Of a stretch of DNA of 64,000 nt, positions 17,475 through 26,181 are shown one piece after another. The DNA lies in NCBI GenBank assembly GCA_035717485.1, contig DASTIQ010000044.1, positions 3,791 to 67,790 of the forward strand, written 5' to 3'. The notes below the pieces were generated by a model, which made no database searches, was not told where the DNA came from, and saw only the letters and a list, made by a program, of their open reading frames with translations. Made by a program: the position numbers and the translations under genes. Every line of letters starts with the position of its first letter. Position 1 is the first letter of the stretch. The stretch comes from Thermoanaerobaculia bacterium (GTDB lineage Bacteria; Acidobacteriota; Thermoanaerobaculia; UBA5066; DATFVB01).

Positions 17475-17506
17475 CGCTATAATGGGTAACCTTATGGTTA
17501 CCGATA
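17475..17506 (+). promoter_or_regulatory. putative arsR promoter/operator: TATAAT at 17477-17482 followed by inverted repeat GGTAACCttatGGTTACC overlapping the arsR ATG
   Basis: Sequence cgcTATAATGGGTAACCTTATGGTTACCgatatgg. 7-bp perfect IR arms; ATG 17494 lies in the spacer. Confidence 0.4.
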
Positions 17507-17769
17507 TGGTATTTCGCGCCATCGCCGATCCGACCCGCCGGAGGATCCTCGCCCGGCTCCGGGGAGCGCCGCTCGAGACCGGGAGGATCGCGCGCTCCTT
17601 TCCCGTCAGCCGGCCCGCGATCTCGAGGCACCTGCGAATCCTGGCCGAGGCCGGGCTGGTCCGGCGCCGGAGGGCCGGGCGCCGATGCTTCTACTCCCTG
17701 CATGCCGGGCCGTTGGGGGAGATCGGGAAATGGGTCGCCCGGTTCGCGGCGGAGCGATCCGATCGCTGA
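17494..17769 (+). CDS. ArsR/SmtB family transcriptional regulator
   Basis: 91 aa. AIADPTRRRILARL and the HTH region SRPAISRHLRILAEAGLV are typical of ArsR. The track ORF 16528..17769 is an upstream artefact extension. Confidence 0.8.
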   Translation: MVTDMVFRAIADPTRRRILARLRGAPLETGRIARSFPVSRPAISRHLRILAEAGLVRRRRAGRRCFYSLHAGPLGEIGKWVARFAAERSDR

Positions 17770-17796
17770 GCCGGGTGGACCTGCCATAATCGTTTC

Positions 17797-19854
17797 GTGG
17801 CGGAGCGCAGATACGTCCTCAAGACCCCGTCGGCTCCGAAGACGTACCGCGTCGACTACGACGGGGAGCTGAACGCCGAGCAGAAGGACGTCGTCTTCGC
17901 CGGCAGCGGGCCGGTCCTCGTGATCGCCGGGGCCGGCTCCGGGAAGACGCGGACGCTCGTGTATCGCGTCTCGCGGCTCATCGAATCGGGCGTCGATCCC
18001 TCGAAGATCCTGCTCCTGACGTTCACCAACAAGGCGGCGCGCGAGATGATGCGGCGCGTCGAGGCGCTCCTGACGATCGACGCCCGGAAGATGGCGGGCG
18101 GGACCTTTCATTCGCTCGGAAACCGGCTGCTCCGCCAGTACGGCGAGCGGATCGGTCTCTCTCCGCACTTCACGATCCTCGACCCCGAGGACGCGCGCGA
18201 GATCCTCGAGGCGTCGACGTCCGACCTCCAGATCAAGACGCTCGACCGCCGCTTCCCGAAGGGGGACGTCCTCCTCGATCTCTACTCCTTCACGATCAAC
18301 ACCGAGCGGAAGCTCTCCGAGGTCCTCGCCGAGCGCGCGCCGCATTTCCTGACGCTCCACGAGGAGATCGTCCGGGTGTTCGGGCGCTATCTCGAACGGA
18401 AGAAGGCGGCGCGCGCGTGCGATTACGACGACCTGCTGCTCCACTGGAAGACCCTCCTCGACACCGAGACCGGGGGGGAGCTGTCGCGCCGGTTCTCCCA
18501 CGTCCTCGTCGACGAATACCAGGACACGAACCGTCTCCAGGGGGAGATCGTCGACGGAATGGCGCGGGGCCACGGAAACGTCACGGTGGTGGGCGACGAC
18601 GCCCAGTCGATCTACGCCTTCCGCGGCGCCTCGTTCGACAACATCATCGGTTTTCCCGAGCGGTGGCCGAAGGCGCAGGTCTTCCGGCTGACCACGAATT
18701 ACCGTTCCGTTCCCGAGATCCTCGCGCTCGCGAACGCGTCCATCGATAAGAACGAGCGTCAGTTCCGGAAGGAGCTGACCGCCGTCCGGCCCGCCGGCCA
18801 GATTCCCGGGGTCGTTCCCCTTCCCGACGCGTTCGACCAGGCGCGGTTCGTGGCGCAGCGGATCCTCGAATGGCGGGACGAAGGAGAGAAGCTCTCCGAC
18901 TGCGCCGTGCTCTACCGTTCGCACTACCAGGCGATGGAGCTCCAGATGGAGCTCACCCGGCGTTCCATCCCGTACGAGATCCGCTCCGGGATCCGGTTCT
19001 TCGAGCAGAGACACGTCAAGGACGTCCTCGCGTTCCTCCGGATCCTCGTCAATCCGCACGACGAGATCTCCTGGAAACGGGCGCTCAAGATCTTTCCCCG
19101 GATCGGTGAGCGCACGGCCGCGTCGATCTGGGACGCGATCGGGCAGGCGCGCGAGCCGCTCGAAACGTTCCGCCGCGGCGATTTCTCCGGCGCGGGCCGG
19201 GGCGCGGAGACGGCCCTCGCCCCCTTCCGGAAGCTCCTCGGCCGGCTCGACGCGCCCTCGATGCGCAACGCCCCGGCCGAGGCGATCCGGGAGATCGTCG
19301 ACTCCGTGTATCGCGACTTCGCGCGCGCGAAGTTCGCCAACGGCGACGCGCGCCTGGACGATCTGGAGCAGTTCGCGCAGTTCGCGGCCGGTTACGCGAG
19401 CCTCCCGGACTTCCTGGACGAGGTCTCGCTCTACAACGAGCTGTCGGGAGAAGACACGGTGGCGGGACTTCCCGAGGACGAGCGCGTCGTTCTTTCCTCG
19501 ATCCACCAGGCGAAAGGCCTCGAGTGGCGGCGCGTCGCGGTGATCGGTCTCTCCGAGGGGAGGTTCCCGAACTACCGCGCTTCGGCGACGGCCGAAGGGC
19601 TGGAAGAGGAGCGCCGGCTCTTCTACGTCGCGTGCACGCGCGCGAAAGACGAGCTCCTCCTGACCTATCCGATGCTCGCGCGCGACCGGTATTCGACCGA
19701 CGTGATCCTCGAAGCGTCCCGCTTCGTCTCGGAGCTCCCGGGCGAGGTCTACGAAAAGTGGATCGTCGAGCTCGAGCCGGAGGAGCGCCCCGAGCGGCCG
19801 TCCTCGTTCGAGCCGGAGGACGAGAACCAGGAAGTCCCGGAAGACGTGAACTAG
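17797..19854 (+). CDS. UvrD/PcrA/Rep family ATP-dependent DNA helicase
   Basis: 685 aa. Walker A AGAGSGKTRTLVYRV, LLLTFTNKAAREM, DEYQDTN and later helicase motifs. Confidence 0.85.
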   Translation: MAERRYVLKTPSAPKTYRVDYDGELNAEQKDVVFAGSGPVLVIAGAGSGKTRTLVYRVSRLIESGVDPSKILLLTFTNKAAREMMRRVEALLTIDARKMAGGTFHSLGNRLLRQYGERIGLSPHFTILDPEDAREILEASTSDLQIKTLDRRFPKGDVLLDLYSFTINTERKLSEVLAERAPHFLTLHEEIVRVFGRYLERKKAARACDYDDLLLHWKTLLDTETGGELSRRFSHVLVDEYQDTNRLQGEIVDGMARGHGNVTVVGDDAQSIYAFRGASFDNIIGFPERWPKAQVFRLTTNYRSVPEILALANASIDKNERQFRKELTAVRPAGQIPGVVPLPDAFDQARFVAQRILEWRDEGEKLSDCAVLYRSHYQAMELQMELTRRSIPYEIRSGIRFFEQRHVKDVLAFLRILVNPHDEISWKRALKIFPRIGERTAASIWDAIGQAREPLETFRRGDFSGAGRGAETALAPFRKLLGRLDAPSMRNAPAEAIREIVDSVYRDFARAKFANGDARLDDLEQFAQFAAGYASLPDFLDEVSLYNELSGEDTVAGLPEDERVVLSSIHQAKGLEWRRVAVIGLSEGRFPNYRASATAEGLEEERRLFYVACTRAKDELLLTYPMLARDRYSTDVILEASRFVSELPGEVYEKWIVELEPEERPERPSSFEPEDENQEVPEDVN

Positions 19855-19948
19855 GTTCCGCGCGGAGCGCGGCAGTCGGGAGTTCCGAGTCTTCGGGTCG
19901 AAAGTCGGGTGCCTCGCGGCGAAAACGAGTCGCGAGTCCCGAGTCGGA

Positions 19949-21331
19949 TCAGGGGGAAGGAGTCCCGACCTTCGACTCGGTACTCGCGACCCGGGATCGG
20001 CCGATTCCGAACCGGTACATCAATCCGAGAAGAATGCGGTTGCTTCGCGACGTGTCGTCGCGCAGCTGCTCGCCCGTGAGCATCAGCGAGAAATGGCGAT
20101 CCACGTTCCAGAGGCCGTAGAGGCTGTAGCGTTTCGTCTTGGGCCGCGACTGGATGGTGACGTCGCCGGAGACGAACGTGAGCCGGGAGAGCGAGGTCGA
20201 ATAGTCCGCCGAGAGGTAGAACTTCGTGCCGAGGTTCCGTCCCAGCGACGCGTACCACGAGTCGAATGCGCCGCCCGTCCGGTCGGACCGATAGTCGGAG
20301 ACGACGACGTCGAAGCCCGATCCGAAGACGTTTCCGGCGAAGAGGCCGAGGTTCGTCCGGCCGTAGGAGCGGTCGTCGCGATTGTCCCGCTCCCGCGAAT
20401 ATCCGGCATAAACGTTGAGGCTGGGCGTGATCCGGAACGTGACCCGCCCACCCGCCGAGTCGAAGAGGAATCCCTCGATCGTCCTCGCGTCGACCGGGAT
20501 CCCGTCGAGCTGGTCCTGCGTGATCGTGCGCGCATCGACGGAACGGCCGTGGTGGTAGAGCCCCTGCAGCTCGATCCACGGGGCGGGGGCCCAGCGCACG
20601 TTCGCGAAGAGATAGTTCAGTCCCGCTTTCGCCAGGCCGCCGGGCTTTTCGACGTCGTACTCGGCTCCCTGGTAGAGGAAGAACGTGTTTCCTCCCGGGA
20701 TGAAGTTCGTCAGCGTCAGGACCGATCGCTCGGTCATTCCCGCGTCCCGGATCTGGACGAAGCCGAGGACGTGGCTCCGCGCGCCGTCGCCGTCGAGCGC
20801 GACGTATCCGCCGAATTTCCGGACGTCCTTCGCGTACCCGGCTTCGAGGATCTTCGGCTCGAGCCCGCCGAAGATGCCCAGGCGCAGGCGTCCCGCCCGC
20901 CAGGGGTCGTGCTGGCGGTAGTCGAGGAGGAGGCCGCCCACGGAACCGAGTGCACCGAGCTCGTTCAGCCACATCTGCCCGGCGCGGAACCCGAACCGCC
21001 CTCCCGCGGTCCGCGCTCCGACGTACGCGTCGTAGATCGAGTAGCGGTTGCGGCGTTCGGAGGTCGAGGGAAAAGTTTCGCCCCGGAGATCGAATCCGTA
21101 CTCGAAGCCCCCGTTGAGGTTCGACGGGCTCCGCACGGTCGCCGAAAGCGACACGTCGCTGAAATCGGTCGAATAACCGTCTCCCGTCGTTCGGCTTTCC
21201 ATCCCGAACAGCGAGATCCGTCCCCAGCCCGGCGTCTCGGGGGATTCGGGCGTTTGAGCGTCGAGCGCCGCGGCGAGGAGAACGGCGGCGACGAAGGCGA
21301 GCGCGTGAGGCAGGCGGGAACGCGGCGCCAT
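19949..21331 (-). CDS. secreted putative outer-membrane beta-barrel protein (last gene of the cytochrome operon)
   Basis: Signal peptide MAPRSRLPHALAFVAAVLLAAALDAQ. Gly/Tyr-rich alternating amphipathic segments. Its ATG 21331 lies 4 nt from the cytochrome stop (21335-21337). Confidence 0.45.
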   Translation of the reverse strand: MAPRSRLPHALAFVAAVLLAAALDAQTPESPETPGWGRISLFGMESRTTGDGYSTDFSDVSLSATVRSPSNLNGGFEYGFDLRGETFPSTSERRNRYSIYDAYVGARTAGGRFGFRAGQMWLNELGALGSVGGLLLDYRQHDPWRAGRLRLGIFGGLEPKILEAGYAKDVRKFGGYVALDGDGARSHVLGFVQIRDAGMTERSVLTLTNFIPGGNTFFLYQGAEYDVEKPGGLAKAGLNYLFANVRWAPAPWIELQGLYHHGRSVDARTITQDQLDGIPVDARTIEGFLFDSAGGRVTFRITPSLNVYAGYSRERDNRDDRSYGRTNLGLFAGNVFGSGFDVVVSDYRSDRTGGAFDSWYASLGRNLGTKFYLSADYSTSLSRLTFVSGDVTIQSRPKTKRYSLYGLWNVDRHFSLMLTGEQLRDDTSRSNRILLGLMYRFGIGRSRVASTESKVGTPSP

Positions 21332-21334
21332 GGC

Positions 21335-24300
21335 CTAGTCTCCGAGTCCCGTGGGATGACACGAATAGCAGGCGGGGGAGCTGTACAGGTAGCCCGCCAC
21401 GCCCGTGTGATGCGAGTCCGTCGTGGCCTTGTCGTGACAGGTGAGGCACGTGAATACGGCGAAGTTCAGCGGGTTCGTGTGACAGTCGGAGCAGAGGCGG
21501 CCGGCGTGCGCGCCCGACGTGATCACGAACCACGTGTGGTTGAACGTTCCCTGGAGCCAGCTCGTGTCGGAGGCCCTGTGGCAGTTCTGGCACGTCGTCG
21601 GGAAGCCCGCCGCCACGTGGTTCGGGTTCGTCGTGTTCTGGTAGGCGGTCTTGTGGCAGGAATAGCAGTCGGTCGGCGTCCCCTTGTAGACGTTGTTGAC
21701 GTGGCAGGCGGTGCACGGCTGCGTCGCGTGGACGCCGAGGAGCGTGTAGAACGTCGAATGGTTGAACGTGCCCTGCGACCAGCTCGTGTCGGAGGCCTTG
21801 TGGCAGTTCTGGCACGTCGTCGGGAAGCCCGCCGCCACGTGGTTCGGGTCGGTCGCGTTCTGGTAGGCGGTCTTGTGGCAGGAATAGCAGTCGGTCGGCG
21901 TCCCCTTGTAGACGTTGTTGACGTGGCAGGCCGAGCACGGCTGCGTGGCGTGGACGCCGACGAGCGCATAGAAGGTCGAATGGTTGAAGACTCCCTGTTG
22001 CCAGTTCGCGTCGGACGCCTTGTGGCAGTTCTGGCAGGTCGTCGGGAACCCGGCCGAGACGTGGTTCGGATTGGCGGCCGCGGCGTATTGGGCCTGATGG
22101 CACGAATAGCAGTCGGTCGGAGTGCCGGCGAAGACGTTGTTGACGTGGCACGCGGCGCACGGCTGGGTGGCATGGACGCCCACGAGCGGAAAGACCGTCG
22201 AATGGTCGAAGGCGCCCTGCTGCCAGGTCGCATCGGAGGCCTTGTGGCAGTTCTGGCAGGTCGTGGGGAATCCGGCGGAGACGTGGTTCGGATTGGCGGC
22301 CGCGGCGTATTGGGTCTTGTGGCAGGAATAGCAGTCGGTCGGAGTGCCGGCGAAGACGTTGTTGACGTGGCAGGCCGAGCACGGTTGGGCGGAGTGGACG
22401 CCGAGCAGCGGGTAGACCGGCGTGTGATCGAAGGTTCCGAGCTGCCAGGTGGGATCGCTCGCCTTGTGGCAGCTCTGACACGTCGTCGCGAATCCGGCCG
22501 CGACATGGCTCGGATTCGTCGTCTGATGGTACGCGTTCTGGTGGCACGAGTAGCAGTCCGTCGACGTTCCCTTGAAGACGTTGTTGACGTGGCACGCCGA
22601 GCAGGGTTGGGCCGCGTGGACGCCGACGAGCGGATAGACCGCACCGTGGTTGAACGTTCCGAGCTGCCAGGTGGGATCGCTCGCCTTGTGGCAGCTCTGG
22701 CACGTCGTTCCGAATCCGGCGGCCAGGTGGCTGGGATTCGTCGCCTGGTGGTAGGCGTTCTGGTGGCAGGAGTAACAGTCGGTCGGCGTTCCTTTGTAGA
22801 CGTTGTTGACGTGGCAGGCGGAGCACGGCTGGGCCGCGTGGACGCCGACGAGCGGGTAGACGGCGGTATGGTTGAACGTCGCCTGGTGCCAGGTCGTGTC
22901 GGACGCCTTGTGGCAGCTTTCGCACGTCGTCGGGAAGCCCGCCGCCGCGTGGTTCGGGTTCACCGAGCGGTCGTAGTCGCGCTGGTGGCAGGAGGCGCAC
23001 GCGGACGTCGCCGCCGTGAACACCTGATTCCCGTGGCAGGACTCGCACGCGAGCGTCCCGTGCGCCCCGTTGAGCGCGAAGCCCGTCTGGGCGGCGTGGT
23101 TCCAGACGACGGCGGCCCACGAGGTCGCGCGATGGCAGTCCTCGCACTGGTTGCCGAGACGCGTGCGGTACGGGTCGTCCTGGCGGCGGATCCAGTGGCA
23201 GTCGAAGCAGCGCGTCGGCGTTCCTTTGATCACGCCTTTCAGGTGACACGACTCGCACGGGACGAGGAGATGCCTCCCCTCGAGCGGGAAGACCCCGACC
23301 TTGTGGAACGCCCGCGACGCGTTCTTCCACGACGACGCGACCGAATGGCAGCTCTCGCAGCGGGCGCCGAGAACGCCGCGATGGGGGTCTCCGTGGCAGG
23401 AGCCGCAGGTCGTCGGCGTTCCCGCGTACCGGACGGCCGTGCCGCGTCCCGCCGGGAAGTCGGCCTCGACCTTCCGGTGACAGCCGGCGCACGCGACCGC
23501 GGCATGGCGCGCGGAGAAGAAGGACCCGGCCGCCCTGTCGGCGTGGACGTATCGCGGAATCGCGAACGTGTCGGTCGAGTGGCAGGACGCGCAGGTCGCC
23601 GCCTTCATCTGTCCGAGATGCGGGTCCTTGTGGCATCCCGCGCAGTCGAGCGGCAGGCCGCGGAGCCGCACCGCGGACCCCGTTCCGGAGGGGAAGGAGG
23701 CGGTTTCGCGCCTGTGGCACTTCTCGCAGGCGAGCGCAGCGTGCTTTCCGGTCAGCGCGAATTTCGAGCGCGCGTGGGAAAAGAGATCGGGCGCGAACTT
23801 CGAGCCCGCGACCGAGTGACAGCTCTCGCATGACGTCCCGAGCTGGCCGAGATGGGGGTCTTTGTGGCAGGAGGCGCACGCGAACGGGACCTGTGTGAAT
23901 CGCCGCTCGGCGCCGGCTTTCGGGGCGCCGTGGCATTTCTCGCAGGCGACCGCCGCGTGCCCCGCCGCGAAGAATTCGGGCCGACGGGGATGCGTGTAGT
24001 CGGTCACGCGGAAAGTCCGCGTCGTGTGGCACTTCTGGCAGGCGGTCCCGAGCTCGCCCCGGTGGACGTCCGTGTGGCACGACGCGCAATCGGACCGGGC
24101 TCCGCGGAAATCGACCGCGGCCGGGCTTCCGGCGCCCTGCGCCGGGGCGTTCTTGTGGCACGACGCGCAGGGGATCTCCGCGTGCCTTCCGTCGAGCGGG
24201 AACTTCGTGCGCGCGGCGTGGTCGAACGCGGCCTTCCGGAAGCCGTCCTCCCGGTGGCAGGAAGCGCAGTCCTCCTTGAACACGCCGCGATGGGGATCCC

Positions 24301-25246
24301 GGTGGCAATCCGCGCAGCGGGCGGCCGGGATCCGGACTTTCACCGCGCTCTGGACATGGCATTTCGCGCAGGGCACGGTCGCGTGCGCCCCGAGCAGCGG
24401 ATACCCCGTCTTCCCGTGATCGATCTTTTCCGTCCGGAAGGTCGCGGTCGTGTGGCACGACTCGCAGGCGCCGAGCGGCTTGCGGTGCGGGTCGCGGTGG
24501 CAGTCGGCGCACGCGGCGAACTTCTCGATCTTCCAGGCGCCGGCCCGGTGACAGCTCTCGCACTTGAGGGCGGCGTGAGCGCCCGTGAGCGGAAAAGCGG
24601 TCTTCGCGTGGTCGAATCCGCGGCGCGTCTCCTTGAACGCGACCGACGCGGAATGGCAGCGCGCGCAATCGGCGCCCAGCGCGCCGCGGTGCGGGTCGGC
24701 GTGGCACGACGCGCAACCGGGCGAGGCGGCGAGGTACGACCGCGCCTTGTGGCAGCTCGCGCACGAAAGCCCGGCGTGCTTTCCCTCGAGCGGAAAGCCG
24801 GCGTCCTTCGCGTGGTCGAAGGTCTTCGGGTCGAAGCGCGTGATCGCGGCGTCGGCGCCGGCGTGCTCGACGTGGCAGGAAACGCAGCTTTCGCCGGCGG
24901 TTCGGTGAACTCCCTTTCCGGCCGCGATCCGTTCGGCGATCGGCCGATGGCAGGCGAGGCACTTCGCGGGCGTGACCTGTCGACCCGGTTCGTGGCACTT
25001 CTGACAGTTGTCGATCCCTTCGAGCTTCGCGTGAAACCGCGAAAGCGGCCCGGGCGAGACCAGGCCACCGAGCTGCTGGGCGCGGGCGATGGGCGCGAGC
25101 CCCGCGGTGAATGCCGCCAGGAGGAAGCATGGGAGAAGGGCGTGGCCGACGGGGAGCGCCCGGCGCCGCGAGCGGGTCCGACCGCGGTCGTCTCTCCCGG
25201 CGGGCGCGGGCGACGAGGCGGTGCGCGCCGTCCCGGCCCTCACCAC
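21335..25246 (-). CDS. giant multihaem cytochrome c (about 1300 aa, about 51 CxxCH motifs) with seven tandem 74-aa triheme repeat modules
   Basis: I counted about 51 CxxCH in the minus-strand translation. Probable GTG start at 25246 or 25243, overlapping the upstream gene stop. N-terminal ...SRRRALPVGHALLPCFLLAAFTAGLAPIARAQ signal. The track ORF 21335..25738 includes a spurious extension. Confidence 0.8.
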   Translation of the reverse strand: MVRAGTARTASSPAPAGRDDRGRTRSRRRALPVGHALLPCFLLAAFTAGLAPIARAQQLGGLVSPGPLSRFHAKLEGIDNCQKCHEPGRQVTPAKCLACHRPIAERIAAGKGVHRTAGESCVSCHVEHAGADAAITRFDPKTFDHAKDAGFPLEGKHAGLSCASCHKARSYLAASPGCASCHADPHRGALGADCARCHSASVAFKETRRGFDHAKTAFPLTGAHAALKCESCHRAGAWKIEKFAACADCHRDPHRKPLGACESCHTTATFRTEKIDHGKTGYPLLGAHATVPCAKCHVQSAVKVRIPAARCADCHRDPHRGVFKEDCASCHREDGFRKAAFDHAARTKFPLDGRHAEIPCASCHKNAPAQGAGSPAAVDFRGARSDCASCHTDVHRGELGTACQKCHTTRTFRVTDYTHPRRPEFFAAGHAAVACEKCHGAPKAGAERRFTQVPFACASCHKDPHLGQLGTSCESCHSVAGSKFAPDLFSHARSKFALTGKHAALACEKCHRRETASFPSGTGSAVRLRGLPLDCAGCHKDPHLGQMKAATCASCHSTDTFAIPRYVHADRAAGSFFSARHAAVACAGCHRKVEADFPAGRGTAVRYAGTPTTCGSCHGDPHRGVLGARCESCHSVASSWKNASRAFHKVGVFPLEGRHLLVPCESCHLKGVIKGTPTRCFDCHWIRRQDDPYRTRLGNQCEDCHRATSWAAVVWNHAAQTGFALNGAHGTLACESCHGNQVFTAATSACASCHQRDYDRSVNPNHAAAGFPTTCESCHKASDTTWHQATFNHTAVYPLVGVHAAQPCSACHVNNVYKGTPTDCYSCHQNAYHQATNPSHLAAGFGTTCQSCHKASDPTWQLGTFNHGAVYPLVGVHAAQPCSACHVNNVFKGTSTDCYSCHQNAYHQTTNPSHVAAGFATTCQSCHKASDPTWQLGTFDHTPVYPLLGVHSAQPCSACHVNNVFAGTPTDCYSCHKTQYAAAANPNHVSAGFPTTCQNCHKASDATWQQGAFDHSTVFPLVGVHATQPCAACHVNNVFAGTPTDCYSCHQAQYAAAANPNHVSAGFPTTCQNCHKASDANWQQGVFNHSTFYALVGVHATQPCSACHVNNVYKGTPTDCYSCHKTAYQNATDPNHVAAGFPTTCQNCHKASDTSWSQGTFNHSTFYTLLGVHATQPCTACHVNNVYKGTPTDCYSCHKTAYQNTTNPNHVAAGFPTTCQNCHRASDTSWLQGTFNHTWFVITSGAHAGRLCSDCHTNPLNFAVFTCLTCHDKATTDSHHTGVAGYLYSSPACYSCHPTGLGD
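21548..23100. repeat. tandem 222-bp repeats (about seven copies, adjacent copies near-identical) inside the cytochrome gene
   Basis: ctcgtgtcggaggcc... recurs at 21561 and 21783 (222-nt period). Protein unit is FNH..Y.L.GVHAAQPC.ACHVNNV..GT.TDCYSCH....NP.H.AAGF.TTCQ.CHKASD..W. Confidence 0.8.
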
Positions 25247-26181
25247 CGCACCATTCCGTAGCCGAGGTAGATCGCGACCGCGACGTGCAGCGCCGCGATC
25301 ACGAGCATCACGTAGACGAGCGGCTTGTGGAACACGTGCCAGAGGGAGAAGAGCTTCTTCGTCCGGCCCAGATACGCGATCCGCCGGCGGAGCACCGCGC
25401 GATCGCGGATCAGGGCGAAAACCTCGGCGAGCCGCTCCTCCTCGAGGCCGGTGCGACGGATCTCGCGCTTGAGCTCCCGGAGCGCCCGCCGAAGGAGCAG
25501 GTCGCCGACGAGGAACGCCCGGCCGCTGCTCTCCGCGCCCCGAGCGACATGCCGCTCGAAAGCGTCGATCTTCGAGACCACCGCCGGGGGAAGACCTTCG
25601 CCGGCGAGCTCCGCCGTGAGCTCCGCGGTCCGGGCGGCGAGCTCCCCGTACGTCAGTTCGTTTCCGCGAATGCTCTTCGGGACCCGGACGTAGAGATACC
25701 GCCCGACGAACCCGGAGAGGACGACGAGCGCCATGCACCAGTACGCGACCGAGATCACGCCGTTGAATTTGAAGGAGGTGTGGAGCGTGATGAGAACGGG
25801 GCCGACGATGCCGCAGAAGATGTGGGCTTCGAGCCAGTTCTTCGCCGATCCCACTTTCGAGAGGCGGCGGGATTTCTTCCGGACGACGTAGAGCAGCGTC
25901 GCCAGGAGAAGGATCGAGCCGCCGACGGCGAAGAGCTGCCCCCCCGTCCCCGCCGGGCGGAGGAGACGGTGCGCCGGATCGAACCCTCGAGCGCGGAGCG
26001 GCGTACGGTAATAGCTCCAGCCGCCGAAGCCCGCGAGGGTCGCGATGATGAAGACGCCGCTGACGATCCCCGCGAGGAGGAGAACGTTCGTGAGGCCGGG
26101 CATGGGGGCCCAGCCCGGACGAGCCGGCGCTCCGGCGGGCGCCTCCGGACGCGCTCCTCCGGCCTCGGGCCGCTCAGGCAT
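25240..26181 (-). CDS. polytopic membrane protein with conserved His in TM helices (candidate haem-b electron-transfer subunit)
   Basis: 313 aa, five predicted TM helices (e.g. WLEAHIFCGIVGPVLITLH; LWHVFHKPLVYVMLVIAALHVAV). Its stop overlaps the cytochrome start and its start overlaps the reductase stop. Confidence 0.5.
   Translation of the reverse strand: MPERPEAGGARPEAPAGAPARPGWAPMPGLTNVLLLAGIVSGVFIIATLAGFGGWSYYRTPLRARGFDPAHRLLRPAGTGGQLFAVGGSILLLATLLYVVRKKSRRLSKVGSAKNWLEAHIFCGIVGPVLITLHTSFKFNGVISVAYWCMALVVLSGFVGRYLYVRVPKSIRGNELTYGELAARTAELTAELAGEGLPPAVVSKIDAFERHVARGAESSGRAFLVGDLLLRRALRELKREIRRTGLEEERLAEVFALIRDRAVLRRRIAYLGRTKKLFSLWHVFHKPLVYVMLVIAALHVAVAIYLGYGMVRW

Noticed and set aside
19851-25130. 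1759-aa minus-strand ORF and the plus-strand ORF 20093..23833 (1246 aa)
   Set aside because: Alternative frame and antisense frame of the real cytochrome and barrel genes. They lack CxxCH motifs and are Arg-rich. Their periodicity only reflects the underlying 222-bp repeats.
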